Source: Alphaproteobacteria bacterium (GTDB taxonomy: Bacteria > Pseudomonadota > Alphaproteobacteria > MPNO01 > UBA830). From it: DNA of 64,000 bases. The notes beneath the pieces were generated by a model. It did not search any database, was not told the origin of the DNA, and saw only the letters and a list, made by a program, of their open reading frames with translations. Shown in pieces: positions 44,774-55,097 of this stretch; the first letter of the stretch is position 1, and each line of letters opens with the position of its first letter. The stretch is taken from contig OZ219791.1 in assembly GCA_964291215.2 (NCBI GenBank), positions 2,240,001-2,304,000 on the forward strand. The letters run 5' to 3'. The translations under genes and the position numbers were made by a program.

Positions 44774-45060
44774 GGTAGCCTCATGGGGCAGCGGAGCCTG
44801 CTCTAATTTACGTATATTACGTATCTACTCACCCCTAGTTGGGTTCTGATTGGTCGTAGTGCTCGTTGATGATGTCTGCGGCTTTTCCGTCGAGGGCGAT
44901 CTGGGTTGCGACGAGTGGGTTGTAGCCGAGTGCGGCCATGGAGGTGAGGTAGCTTGAGCCCCGGCACCATGCTTTCGCGTGGAGCGGAAGCATCCGGACA
45001 CCTTGAGCTTTGCCATCCTGATCTTCTGTTCTCCGGCATTGTTGGTGAAGCTGACATCGG

Positions 45061-46593
45061 GTGCGCCAGGCAAACTGGTGGAATGTGGCCGGGTGCAAGT
45101 CCCGAGAGAGGCTAACCACCACTTTCTCCGTGAACCATGCGTCGCCAGGCGAAGCGTTGGGGAGCGGCAGGCCAGGCTATTGAGCCACGAGATGCTTTGA
45201 AACCGGAGTGCCGAGGTCGTGGCCGAAGGCAACGAGCCGCGTTGGTGAGGGGGGCTCCGCGGGGTCCGAGAACCAGGGCACGCGCCGAAGCAGGGACCTG
45301 GGAGGTCTTGCCCCTCTGTCGTGGAGGGGCCGCAGAGGAAATTCCGTAAACCGATGATGAACGAGAAGTCAGATTCGGCCATAGTACCGCTGAAGGCGGC
45401 GAACAAGGGTTCTTCGGAGCCTGCGGAGTTGTTGGAGGGAAGGGCAATGCGGTTGGCCCGCGCCGCGCGCAGAAGCGGGGGTCACAGGCGGCAGGTAGCG
45501 AAGAGGAACCCGGAAGAGCGTCTTTACTCCACCACGTGACGGTCGACGTTCTGCACGATGCGTTCCATTCCTTGAGGAAGGACGCGGCGGCGGGGCGTTG
45601 TGTGGCAAGCGTACGCGGAGGGTGTGGAACTGCCTGCACGCCCGTGTGCACAGGGGTGCGTACCGGGCGCCTCCAGGGTTTACATACCCAAGGAGGATGG
45701 AGGGCAACGACCGCTTGCCTCGGACAAGATTCTTCAGCGGGCGGTGTGATTCTGGTGCCGCGAGACGGAGTTCCTCGGTTCCGGCCGGGGCGCATCATGC
45801 GCCGTCACGGTGGAACGGCGGAAGGTCAACTGGATCGTTGACGCCCCTTCGACAACCGCGACCATCTGGTCGCGATGCTCGGGAAACGGATCGGGGGGTC
45901 TGATCATCAAGTGACGCCGGCGTCATGGAAGGGACCGACTGGCAAGGGAACGCCGCAAGGGGCGGCGCCTTGCGAACCTGCACTACGTGCGACTGGTTCC
46001 AGAACCACTGGCGCAAGCGGATGGCTGGAGGCGACACGATCACTGTCCGCTATGCGGACGACTTCGTGTGCGGCTTTCAGCATCTGGGCGACGCGCGGCG
46101 CTGAGACCTTGGGGAGAGACTGGCCCACTTGAACTGCACCCGGAAAATCATCGAGTTCGGTCGGTTTGCCAGAGCGAACCGCCGGAAGCGTGGGCAAGAC
46201 GTTCGACTTCCTCGGCATGACGCACTTCTGCGAACAGACGAGGAAAGGCAGGTTCAGGGTCGGTCCATCTCGCAAACGGGCACCCTGCGGCGGATCAAGG
46301 AGGCCTTGCGCAGGCGGTGGCACGATAACCGGCACGAAACGGCCAAGTGGTGAGTTATCAACGGCTGCTACTACGCCGTTCCAGGAAGCAGCCTGCAGAA
46401 GTTCATACACCAATGCAAACAGCTGCGTGCCCTTCGGCGACGCTCCCAAAAGGACTTCACCGGGGACATAGACACCCTCACCGCTGCCCACTGAGCCAGC
46501 ATCCGTGGCCAAACCAGCGCCTTGTCGTCAGGGGAGGAGCGAACAGCGCACGTCCGGTTCTGTGCGGGGGGTAACCCGGTTCCCTACCGCGAT
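45061..46593 (+). mobile_element. Degenerate group II intron with reverse transcriptase/maturase pseudogene
   Basis: 5' GTGCG; 3' domain V/VI-like gcacgtccggttctgtgcgggggg..ccctaccgcgAT; fragments LRKDAAAG, GTPQG, YADDFV, FDFLGMTH; flanks rejoin to match IS66 copy A. Confidence 0.88.
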
Positions 46594-47437
46594 GGTCGTC
46601 TATGAAGCGCAGGTTTTCGTGTTTCACGAGACGTTCGTGCAGGTTGTGCGCGTCGGACTTGCGTCCACGTTTTCCTTTCGTCGGGATGTCGGGCAGTTCC
46701 CTGGCGCCCTGATGGTGCGGTAGCGCCTGCGCCCGGCGTCGTTCAGGGTCTTGGATGCGCTCTTGTTGACCTTGTGGCAGACCTCGCGGAGCAGGCTCTT
46801 CATCAGTCGCGCGGTAGCCTCGACGACAAAGGTCAGTTCGCGCAGCAGGTGGCTGCCGCTGGTGGCTACACTGGCCCATGTACGAGGCCCAGGACGCCCT
46901 TGTAGCACGGGCCGATCTCTTGCCCGCGCTTGCGGTGCGGGAACTTGCACGTCAGGATCCCACGACATGGAGCCACTTGCTGTTGATCCGAAATCGTCGA
47001 CATCGGGCGTTGCAGGAGGTGCGCCACGGCGGCCTCCTCCCATGACGCATCGTGAAAGCATAGCCGAGGCCTCGGAGAGCTTGATGCCGGAGATCGCCTG
47101 CACGAGCGCGACGGCGCAGGGACAGCATCTGGGCGACCAGCAGGTTGATGACGAGGGCTTGGATGCCGTACTGCACGGGATGTTGTCAGGGAACCGGCCC
47201 CGGGCCTTGCACTTCGGGCATTCCTCGGCGTCGACGCGGCGCTCGACGACCTCGAACACGATGTCGTGCGGCGCTCCCGATCGACGGGGCCGTCGGCGCC
47301 GCAGGCATCGACCGCGACGGTCTCCTCGACGATGGTCTTGCGCAGGTTGTCGCCCATCTGCTGGTTCGGCTTCGGCACCTTGCCGGCAGCGCCGCGGTCT
47401 TGGCCGCTTCGAACTCCTTGCGCGCCGCCCGTCGCCA

Positions 47438-47582
47438 TCACCCGGCCTCGACGGTCATGATCGTCGCGAGCATCGCCTGGCGCTCGCCCGGCGGCATCTT
47501 CCGGTACTCCGCCTTGCGCTTCATCAGCGCGCCGCCTCCGATGGCACAGCCCGCTCGTCGCCTTCGATCCAAAGTAGCTCAC
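47438..47582 (-). pseudogene. Further-deleted DNA methyltransferase remnant in IS66 copy B
   Basis: SYFGSKATSGLC..GGGALMKRKAEYRKMPPGERQAMLATIMTVEAG*. Confidence 0.6.
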
Positions 47583-47833
47583 TGCCGGTCCCCGTCGTTC
47601 TCGATAACCACCACTAAACGAATCGACCTGCAGTGTCAAATCTCCACGAAAACCCGTTCGTTGCTCTACCCCGACATCAAGCCGGAACCAGGGGGTGAGC
47701 AGTTACTATATTACGTAGAAATCAAAGGGCGCGGCGAGTTTCCGGCGCCGCGGTAACCCGGGCTCGGACCGGCCGGAGTCCTTCGACCGAGGCGAATTTT
47801 CCATCCGCCGGGCATGGCTGTCCGCGGGACAGT

Positions 47834-48700
47834 TCACGCGCGCCGGCGCCAGCGTTCACCGACGAGACACAGCACCTTGGCGACGGTCGCGCGCTGGCGC
47901 AGAGCGTCGCCATAGCCGGCAAAGCCTGCGGGAGACAGGCGGGAAAGCGGAGGCAGGGTGCGCGGTTCGGCGGCGGGCCGCACGCCCGATTCCCCGAGCG
48001 CCCGCGACAGTGTATCCAACGTCGTGGAAAAGGACCTCCCGCGGCGCTTCGCGCCAGCCACATGCACACCGATGACTTCGCCGTCGGAATTCAGCCATGG
48101 TCCACCGCTGATGCCGCCGAGATAGGGCCCGCGATCGGGAATCCGGCGCACATGCGCCCACGCGATAACCGGTTCCGCGGTTCGGTAGCGGCCCTGGCTC
48201 AGCATCCGCGCGCGGCCGATCACCTGTCCGTGCACGTCGCCGGGCAAGCCCTTGGGAAAACCGAAGGAATAGCCGTCCTGCCCTTTTCGTGGCCGCGGGC
48301 GGGCCAGCGGCAGCGCCGGTACGCCGCCGCGCGTCCACAGCACGCTGATGTCGGCGAAGGTGTGAGGATCGACGCGGCGCACCCGCACCGCCCGGCCGTC
48401 CTGCAACTGGAGCGCGACGGTATCGCAGCCCCCGGTGACGTGCCGCGCCGTGATCCAGATGCCGGACCGGTTGACGGAGAACGCCGTTCCCGTCGAGCTC
48501 TGCCGCTTCTCCTCGATGGTGACGACGATCGTGGGTTCGTCCGGATAGGCGGGTGCCGGGACGGCGTGCCCCGGCGCGAAGGCGCGCGGGTTCGGCCGGC
48601 GGTCGTGCGGTACCGTGTCCCCGTTGCCGCCAACGAACAGCTTTCCGCCGATGGCGACGGCGGCCACGAGGACAAGGGCGAGTATGTCTATGGCCTTCAC
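47834..48700 (-). CDS. Membrane-anchored trypsin-like serine protease
   Basis: GTAF, ITARHV, ADIS, GISGGP; N-terminal hydrophobic helix; GTG start. Confidence 0.8.
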   Translation of the reverse strand: MKAIDILALVLVAAVAIGGKLFVGGNGDTVPHDRRPNPRAFAPGHAVPAPAYPDEPTIVVTIEEKRQSSTGTAFSVNRSGIWITARHVTGGCDTVALQLQDGRAVRVRRVDPHTFADISVLWTRGGVPALPLARPRPRKGQDGYSFGFPKGLPGDVHGQVIGRARMLSQGRYRTAEPVIAWAHVRRIPDRGPYLGGISGGPWLNSDGEVIGVHVAGAKRRGRSFSTTLDTLSRALGESGVRPAAEPRTLPPLSRLSPAGFAGYGDALRQRATVAKVLCLVGERWRRRA

Positions 48701-48720
48701 GGCCTGCTCCGGCCCGGCCC

Positions 48721-49134
48721 TCAGCCGGCGATGGCAGCGGCGTTGATGAGCGCTATCGCCAGCTTGATGGCGAGGACGAGGATGGCGGCGCTCATTTCGC
48801 CGTTCTCGATGCGTCGCGGCAGGTCCTTCACGAGGGCGTCGCCGATGCGATAGGCCAGAATCTGGATCAGGAGTGTAACCACGCCCCAGACGACGATGTC
48901 CCAGAGGCTGACGCTGCGCGCCATGCAGACGGCGAGCGGTATCGCGAGCCCGATGATGGCGGCGGCGATCGAGGTGGCGGCGGCGATATTGCCGCCGCGG
49001 ATCAACCGCAACTCGTGATAGGGCGTGATCAGGTGATAGATGGTGATCCCGATCGCCAGCATTGCCAGCGTCACGGCGAAATGCAGGATCAGGATCGGAA
49101 AGCCGGCAAACAGGCTCTGGAGTACGGGATCCAT
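48721..49134 (-). CDS. DUF350-like membrane protein
   Basis: ITPYHELRLIRGGNIAAA, four TM helices. Confidence 0.8.
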   Translation of the reverse strand: MDPVLQSLFAGFPILILHFAVTLAMLAIGITIYHLITPYHELRLIRGGNIAAATSIAAAIIGLAIPLAVCMARSVSLWDIVVWGVVTLLIQILAYRIGDALVKDLPRRIENGEMSAAILVLAIKLAIALINAAAIAG

Positions 49135-49313
49135 GACGATATCCGAACGGTGCGCCAGACGCGCATCCTATTGGGTTTGCCTGTGCCCGTACAGGAGTGC
49201 CGGCGGCGGCGCGACATTCCGTTGCTGGAGGGGCACATCCAGTGTAGACTTTGTCCGACCGAATACAGGGCCCCGCGTTGCGTGGCTCCAATCCGATCTT
49301 GCGGGAGGCAATC

Positions 49314-50351
49314 ATGACTGGACGACGTCTCATCACCCCCTGTGCCGTGGTTGTCGCTGCGGCCGTGGCGGCCGTTGCCAGCGCGCAGGCCGCGACAACG
49401 CTTCGTATGCACACCTTCATTCCGCCGGTTGCAAATCCGGCCAAAACCTTCCTGATTCCGTGGGCCAAGAAGATCGAGAAGGATTCGGGCGGCCAGCTCA
49501 AGGTGCAGCCGTTCTGGGCGATGCAGCTCGGCGGCAAGGCGCCGCAGCTCCTCGATCAGGTGCGGGACGGGGTTGTCGACATCGTCTGGGCACTGCCCGG
49601 GTTCACGCCCGGTCGCATGCCGCGGACCGAGCCCTTCGAGCTTCCTTTCGTCCACCGAACCGCATACTCGTCGACCATGGCGCTCCAGGACTACCAGGCC
49701 AAGCATCTCGCGCCCGACCTCAAGGGCTACCATCCCCTGCTGGTCCATGTGCATGCCGGGTTCTTCTTCCAGACCAAGGATCCGGTGACCAAGATGTCGG
49801 ATCTGAAGGGCAAGAAGATCCGTGCGGCATCGCGCCTCGGCGTCGCGCTTCTCAACGCGATGGGGGCGACCGGCATCGGCCTTCCCCTGCCCCAGATTCC
49901 CTCGGCGCTGTCGAAGGGTGTCATCGACGGGGTCACGCTGCCTTATGAGATTGCGCCCGCCGTCAAGACCCCCGAACTGGTCAGGCATTTCTCGATACTT
50001 GCCGGCCCGCAGCCGCGTCTCGGCACGAACGTGTTCACGTTCCTGATGAATCCGGGGAGCTACGGCAAGTTGTCGAAGGATCTGCAGAAGTTGATCGACG
50101 CCAACTCCGGACGCAACATAGCGGAGATGGCAGGAAGAAACTGGGATGCGATCGAGGAGCCCGGGCGCAAGGTCGTGGAGTCCCACAAGAAGAACAAGTT
50201 CCACACCATAGCGCCGGCCGAGGTGGCCAAGATGAAGGCCGCGGGCAAGACCGTCGTCGACAACTGGCTCGCGCAGATGAAGAAGCAGAATATCGATGGC
50301 GCGACCATGCTTGCGGATGCCCGTGCATTGATCGAGAAATACTCGAAGTAG
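49314..50351 (+). CDS. TRAP transporter substrate-binding protein (DctP)
   Basis: Signal peptide, MQLGGK..QVRDGVVDIVW, ELPF, ALSKGVIDG. Confidence 0.9.
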   Translation: MTGRRLITPCAVVVAAAVAAVASAQAATTLRMHTFIPPVANPAKTFLIPWAKKIEKDSGGQLKVQPFWAMQLGGKAPQLLDQVRDGVVDIVWALPGFTPGRMPRTEPFELPFVHRTAYSSTMALQDYQAKHLAPDLKGYHPLLVHVHAGFFFQTKDPVTKMSDLKGKKIRAASRLGVALLNAMGATGIGLPLPQIPSALSKGVIDGVTLPYEIAPAVKTPELVRHFSILAGPQPRLGTNVFTFLMNPGSYGKLSKDLQKLIDANSGRNIAEMAGRNWDAIEEPGRKVVESHKKNKFHTIAPAEVAKMKAAGKTVVDNWLAQMKKQNIDGATMLADARALIEKYSK

Positions 50352-50360
50352 AGAGTTTCT

Positions 50361-50388
50361 CCGGGCCGGCGCACCCACGCCGGTCCGG
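50361..50388 (+). terminator. Intercistronic GC-rich stem-loop after dctP
   Basis: ccgggccggcg-caccca-cgccggtccgg; no U-tract, so possibly an mRNA stabiliser. Confidence 0.35.
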
Positions 50389-50398
50389 ACCATGACCG

Positions 50399-50953
50399 GT
50401 GTCTGAGGATCGGACAGAGGGGGCGTGGCCGGCCGATCGGGCGGGCCGCGCCCTTGGCATCATTTCCAGGCGGCTCGCGATCACGGGCGGCCTTCTGCTG
50501 TGCGCGATGGCTGCGCTCACTACCGTCAGCGTCGCCGGCCGGGCGGCATTGTCCGCTCCGGTGCCGGGCGACTTCGAGCTGGTGGCGATCGGCACCGGTC
50601 TGGCGGTGTTCGCGTTCCTCCCGTGGTGCCAGCTCAACCGTGGCAATGTGCTGGTGGACTTTTTCATGCTCCGGGCGCCAGCCCGGGCGCGGCTGTTCTG
50701 TGACCTGGTCGGGGGACTTCTCTATCTCGTGATCGGCGTGCTGCTCACGTGGCGCATGGTCTTCGGTGCCCTCGACATGTACAACTACGCGGAAAAGTCG
50801 ATGACCATCAACTTTCCGCGCTGGACGACGTTTCCGCCCTCGATCCTGATGTTGGCATTCCTGGTTGTCGTCGTCGCCTACACGGTGCGGCGGAGCTGGC
50901 GCGACCTGCGCACCGGCCGTACCGTCGACAGCGGCTCGGGGCCGGGAGTCTAG
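50399..50953 (+). CDS. TRAP transporter small permease (DctQ)
   Basis: PVPGDFELV, LPWCQLNRGNVLVDFF. Confidence 0.88.
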   Translation: MSEDRTEGAWPADRAGRALGIISRRLAITGGLLLCAMAALTTVSVAGRAALSAPVPGDFELVAIGTGLAVFAFLPWCQLNRGNVLVDFFMLRAPARARLFCDLVGGLLYLVIGVLLTWRMVFGALDMYNYAEKSMTINFPRWTTFPPSILMLAFLVVVVAYTVRRSWRDLRTGRTVDSGSGPGV

Positions 50954-50957
50954 GCAC

Positions 50958-52280
50958 ATGAATGGTGCCGCGATCGGGCTGATCGGTTTCGGGGTCCTGC
51001 TGATACTGCTTGTGCTCCGCATTCCGATCGCGATCGCGATGCTGACGGTCGGCATCGTCGGATATATTTCTATCGCTGGCGAAACCGCCCTGTTCAGCTA
51101 TCTCAAGACCGAAACCTACTGGCGGTTCACGGCCGAGACGCTCTCGGTGGTGCCGCTGTTCATCCTGATGGGGCAGTTTGCCGCGCGCGCCGGGCTCAGC
51201 CAGGCACTGTTTGCCACCGCCAACGCATGGCTGGGCCAGTTCCGCGGCGGCATCGCGATGGCAGCCGTCGGCGGCTGCGCTGGTTTCGGCGCCATCACCG
51301 GCTCGTCGCTCGCGACGGCGGCGACGATGGGCCAGGTCGCGCTGCCCGAGCTCAGACGCTACAATTATGCTGGGTCGCTAGCCACCGGGTCGCTTGCTGC
51401 CGGCGGCACCCTCGGCATACTCATTCCGCCCTCCATCGTCCTGATCATCTATGCCGTCATGGTCGAGGCCAATGTCGCGACCCTGTTCCTGGCGGCCTTC
51501 ATCCCCGGCATCATGGCGGCGTTGGGCTACATACTGGCCATTGCGATCGTCGTCCGGATATCGCCGGATTCGGGACCGGCCGGGGAACGCACGACGTTTG
51601 CACGCAAGCTTCAGGCGCTGATCGAGATCTGGCCGGTGCTCGTGATCTTCTTCCTTGTCATGGGCGGCATCTATGGCGGGTTCTTCACGCCGACCGAGGG
51701 TGCAGGGGTCGGGGCGACGGGCACCTTCCTCATCGCGCTGCTGCGCGGTGGCATGAAGTGGCGGGAGTTCGTGGACGCGATTCTCGATACCGCGATGACC
51801 ACGGGGATGATCTTCCTGATCCTTCTCGGCGCCGCGATATTCAACGCCTTTCTCGGGTTCTCGCAGCTTCCGATCATCGCCGCCGATTTCTTCCAGAACT
51901 CCGGTCTTGCGCCGATGGTCGTCGTGCTCGGCATGGTGGCGCTCTACATCGCGCTCGGGCTGGTGATGGATTCGCTGTCGATGATCCTGCTGACGGTTCC
52001 CATATTCTGGCCGATCATCGCTGGTCTCGAACTCACCCTTCAGGGCGAGGAGCTCAAGCTCTGGTTCGGCATAGTGTCGCTGATCGTCGTGGAGGTCGGG
52101 CTGATCACCCCTCCCGTGGGACTCAACGTCTTCATCATCAATTCGATGGCGAAGGACGTGCCGATGTTCGAGACGTTCAAGGGCGTGCTGCCGTTCTTCC
52201 TTTCGGACGCGGTCCGGGTCGCCATCATCCTCTCGTTTCCGGCGCTCGCGCTCGCGCTTCCCCGCCTGTTTGCAGCGTGA
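50958..52280 (+). CDS. TRAP transporter large permease (DctM)
   Basis: GSSLATAATM, GGTLGILIPPS, FTPTEG, ITPPVGLN. Confidence 0.92.
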   Translation: MNGAAIGLIGFGVLLILLVLRIPIAIAMLTVGIVGYISIAGETALFSYLKTETYWRFTAETLSVVPLFILMGQFAARAGLSQALFATANAWLGQFRGGIAMAAVGGCAGFGAITGSSLATAATMGQVALPELRRYNYAGSLATGSLAAGGTLGILIPPSIVLIIYAVMVEANVATLFLAAFIPGIMAALGYILAIAIVVRISPDSGPAGERTTFARKLQALIEIWPVLVIFFLVMGGIYGGFFTPTEGAGVGATGTFLIALLRGGMKWREFVDAILDTAMTTGMIFLILLGAAIFNAFLGFSQLPIIAADFFQNSGLAPMVVVLGMVALYIALGLVMDSLSMILLTVPIFWPIIAGLELTLQGEELKLWFGIVSLIVVEVGLITPPVGLNVFIINSMAKDVPMFETFKGVLPFFLSDAVRVAIILSFPALALALPRLFAA

Positions 52281-52380
52281 CCGCCGTGCGCGTGCCGTTT
52301 CCGAGCCGCACCATCCCGGCCCGTCCGCAGACGGCCGCCGGCCTCACGGCATGGCATGATGGAACATTCGGAGAGACGCG

Positions 52381-53232
52381 ATGAACGGCCCGGACCACCG
52401 CACCGGCACCGTCGAGAATGGCGATGTCACCCTGTTTTACCGCCGCTTCGGTGATCCCGGCCGGACACCGATCCTCATCGTTCACGGTCTCAGCTACTTC
52501 TCCTATGACTGGATTCCGGTGGCATCCGCGCTCGCGCGCGACCGCGAGGTGGTTGCCATGGATATGCGCGGCTTTGGCGATTCGAACTGGAGCCCGTCCC
52601 AGGCCTACGGCGTCGGCGACTTTGCCGGCGACTGCATGGCGGTCATCGACCATTTCGGCTGGAGCCGGGTCAACCTGATGGGCCATTCTATGGGCGGCCG
52701 CAACAGCGTGTGGTGCGCGGCCGAGAATCCGGGGCGTATGGCGACATTGATCCTTGCCGACTACACGCCGCAGAATGCCCGCGCCGGTTCGGAACGGGTG
52801 ACGCGGACCGTCGCCGGCGTGCCCGACTGCTTTGCGAACGTCGACGATGCGCTGGCCTATTTCGGGCACGATCGCGCACTTGGCGCCGATCATCCGACGC
52901 GCAGGAGGATGGAGGCCTATCTTAGCCCGGTGGCCGGCGGTTTCCGCATCAAGCGCGATACGTTTCATCGCGACCGGTTTCGCCGCGTGCTTGAGGAAGG
53001 TCCAGTTGCTGGCGGTCCCGACATGTGGGAGAAACTCTCCTTGGTCCGGTGCCCGACGCTGGTCGTTCGCGGCACCCGCTCCGACATGTTCGGCACCGAG
53101 AGTGTCGAAAGGGTCAGTTCGGCGCATGCGGATCTGGCATTTGTCGAGATCGATGCGGGTCATGACCTCGCTGGCGACGCGCCCGGGGCGCTGGTGTTGG
53201 AAATTGGCAGATTTCTGGAGGACAGGCCATGA
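52381..53232 (+). CDS. Alpha/beta hydrolase
   Basis: VHG, DMRGFGDS, GHSMGG, AGH. Confidence 0.88.
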   Translation: MNGPDHRTGTVENGDVTLFYRRFGDPGRTPILIVHGLSYFSYDWIPVASALARDREVVAMDMRGFGDSNWSPSQAYGVGDFAGDCMAVIDHFGWSRVNLMGHSMGGRNSVWCAAENPGRMATLILADYTPQNARAGSERVTRTVAGVPDCFANVDDALAYFGHDRALGADHPTRRRMEAYLSPVAGGFRIKRDTFHRDRFRRVLEEGPVAGGPDMWEKLSLVRCPTLVVRGTRSDMFGTESVERVSSAHADLAFVEIDAGHDLAGDAPGALVLEIGRFLEDRP

Positions 53233-53858
53233 ATGTCATCACGAGGCGGGATAGTGCCACGGGGCCGGCTCTCAGGCCGGTCGGCGTGCGCGGGGTCGAC
53301 CATCTCGCGCTGGTTACCGACGACATGCCGGCGACGATGGAGTTCTATACCAAGGTGCTGAGGATGCAGCTTGTCCATGTCCGCCGTGTGCCTTACGAGC
53401 GTGACCGCGGCCAGCCGCCCTATGAAAACCTGCGGCACTACTTCTTCAACATGGGCAACGATTCGTTCCTTGCGTTTTTCGAATACCCGAAAGGCCTCGA
53501 CCGGTCGGCCCGCGATTTGCCGGGCGGCATGCAGCATCTTGCGTTCCATGTCGAGAAGGACCGGTTCGACGAACTGTGCGAGCACGTCAGGTCCTGCGGC
53601 GTCGACCTGATAGGGCCCGTGCATCTCGGTGGCCGCTTCTGGTCCGCCTATTTCTTCGATCCCAACGGCATCCGGCTCGAACTTGCGACCAGCATCGCCG
53701 ATGCCGGCCTGTCGGTCATCGAATCGGGATGTCAGACCGAGAGCGAGGCCCGCGCCGAGCTCAAGACGCTGTTCGACGATCCGAACGAGATCGAAAAGTG
53801 GCTCGCCGCGATGCCGCTTGTCACTGATCGTATCGAGGGCGAGATTCCCGGGGAGTAA
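53229..53858 (+). CDS. VOC/glyoxalase family protein
   Basis: VDHLAL, HYFFNMG, QHLAF, YFFDPNGIRLE. Confidence 0.85.
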   Translation: MNVITRRDSATGPALRPVGVRGVDHLALVTDDMPATMEFYTKVLRMQLVHVRRVPYERDRGQPPYENLRHYFFNMGNDSFLAFFEYPKGLDRSARDLPGGMQHLAFHVEKDRFDELCEHVRSCGVDLIGPVHLGGRFWSAYFFDPNGIRLELATSIADAGLSVIESGCQTESEARAELKTLFDDPNEIEKWLAAMPLVTDRIEGEIPGE

Positions 53859-53864
53859 CCGCGG

Positions 53865-55097
53865 TTATGCCGCCTGAGCGGCTGTCGGTCGCTCGATCGG
53901 CGCGTCGTTGATCGGATAGTTCATCAGCGACGCGACGAAGCCCATGACGATGGCCGACCACCAGATCACGTTGTAGGTGCCAAATAGATCGAAGAAGTAG
54001 CCGGCAGCGTAGATGCCGATGAAGCTTCCGATCTGGTGGGCGACAAAGGTGAGCCCGAAGAGCATTCCCATGTGCTGCAGCCCGAAGACTCGCGCGACGA
54101 TCGAGCCTGTCAGCGGGACAGTGCCGAGCCAGACGAGGCCCATTGCGCACGAAAACACGACGACGCTCGTCGCAGTTACCGGCAGCAGGATGAAGGCGGC
54201 CATGGCGACCGAGCGCAGCGAATAGAGCCAGCATAGGAGGTATTTCTGGCGGAACCTTCCGCCAGCGGCACCCCAGGCGAATGTTCCGATAATATTGAAC
54301 ATCCCGATGAGCGACAGCGAGAATGCGGCAAGCGTGACCTCGATATCGAGAGTCGTCAGCATCAGTGGGAAGTGGGTGCCGATGAACATCGTCTGCAGCC
54401 CGCACACGAAGTATCCACCCATCAGCAGCACGTAGCCGCGATGGCGAAATGCTTCGCCAAGAGCGGCTGCGGCGCCCTGGTTGGCGGTTGCGCGCGCGGC
54501 GCGCCCGGTGCCCTTGCGGACCATGGCGATCGAGAGCGGCACGATCAGCGCGGTCAGCGCCGCCATGACATAGAGCATGAACACCCAGCCGCCGGCTTCG
54601 AGAACGGACTGCCCGACAGGCACCAGCAGGACCTGGCCCGAAGAGCCGCCCGCGCTGGCGATTCCGAGATACATGTCGCGCTTGCTCGCGGGTACCGTGC
54701 GACTGATGGCCGACAGCACGATCGGGAACATTGCGCCCGACATGGCGAAGCCGGTCAGCACGCCGATCGAGAAATGGGCCATCAGCGGCGTCGTCGCCAT
54801 CGTCATCAGGACGAGGCCGGACGAATACAGGATACCGGCCGCAGCAATGACGCGGCCCGTGCCGTAGCGGTCGGCGATGCTTCCCGCAACTGGCGTGGCG
54901 AAGCCCCAGAACAGCGACTGCAGTGCCATGGTCAGCGAAAGGACCCTGTATTCGCCGGGCCACAGTTCGGCGGTGGCCGGCTCCAGCCACAAGCCGAACG
55001 TCATGCGCACGCCGAGTGAGATGAGGACGATCAGCGTCCCGCAGACGAGAATGACCAGTGGCGTACGCCAGCCCGTACCCGGTGATAATTCGCTCAT
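53865..55097 (-). CDS. MFS transporter
   Basis: IADRYG, AGGSSGQ, GYFVCG, WLGTVPLT, HQIGSF. Confidence 0.9.
   Translation of the reverse strand: MSELSPGTGWRTPLVILVCGTLIVLISLGVRMTFGLWLEPATAELWPGEYRVLSLTMALQSLFWGFATPVAGSIADRYGTGRVIAAAGILYSSGLVLMTMATTPLMAHFSIGVLTGFAMSGAMFPIVLSAISRTVPASKRDMYLGIASAGGSSGQVLLVPVGQSVLEAGGWVFMLYVMAALTALIVPLSIAMVRKGTGRAARATANQGAAAALGEAFRHRGYVLLMGGYFVCGLQTMFIGTHFPLMLTTLDIEVTLAAFSLSLIGMFNIIGTFAWGAAGGRFRQKYLLCWLYSLRSVAMAAFILLPVTATSVVVFSCAMGLVWLGTVPLTGSIVARVFGLQHMGMLFGLTFVAHQIGSFIGIYAAGYFFDLFGTYNVIWWSAIVMGFVASLMNYPINDAPIERPTAAQAA

Larger units (their letters stand above)
44821..47706 (-). mobile_element. Degenerate IS66-family element (copy B), interrupted by a group II intron
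   Basis: Same ends as copy A; 8-bp TSD tatattac (44813-44820, 47707-47714). Confidence 0.88.

Noticed and set aside
45061-46593. RT as a retron, DGR or defence RT
   Set aside because: GTGCG...AT boundaries, domain V/VI and precise insertion identify a group II intron
47834-49537. 567-aa ORF as a single protein (likewise 53865-55826, 62-1726, 37576-40248)
   Set aside because: The N-terminal extensions overlap other real genes; true starts are downstream
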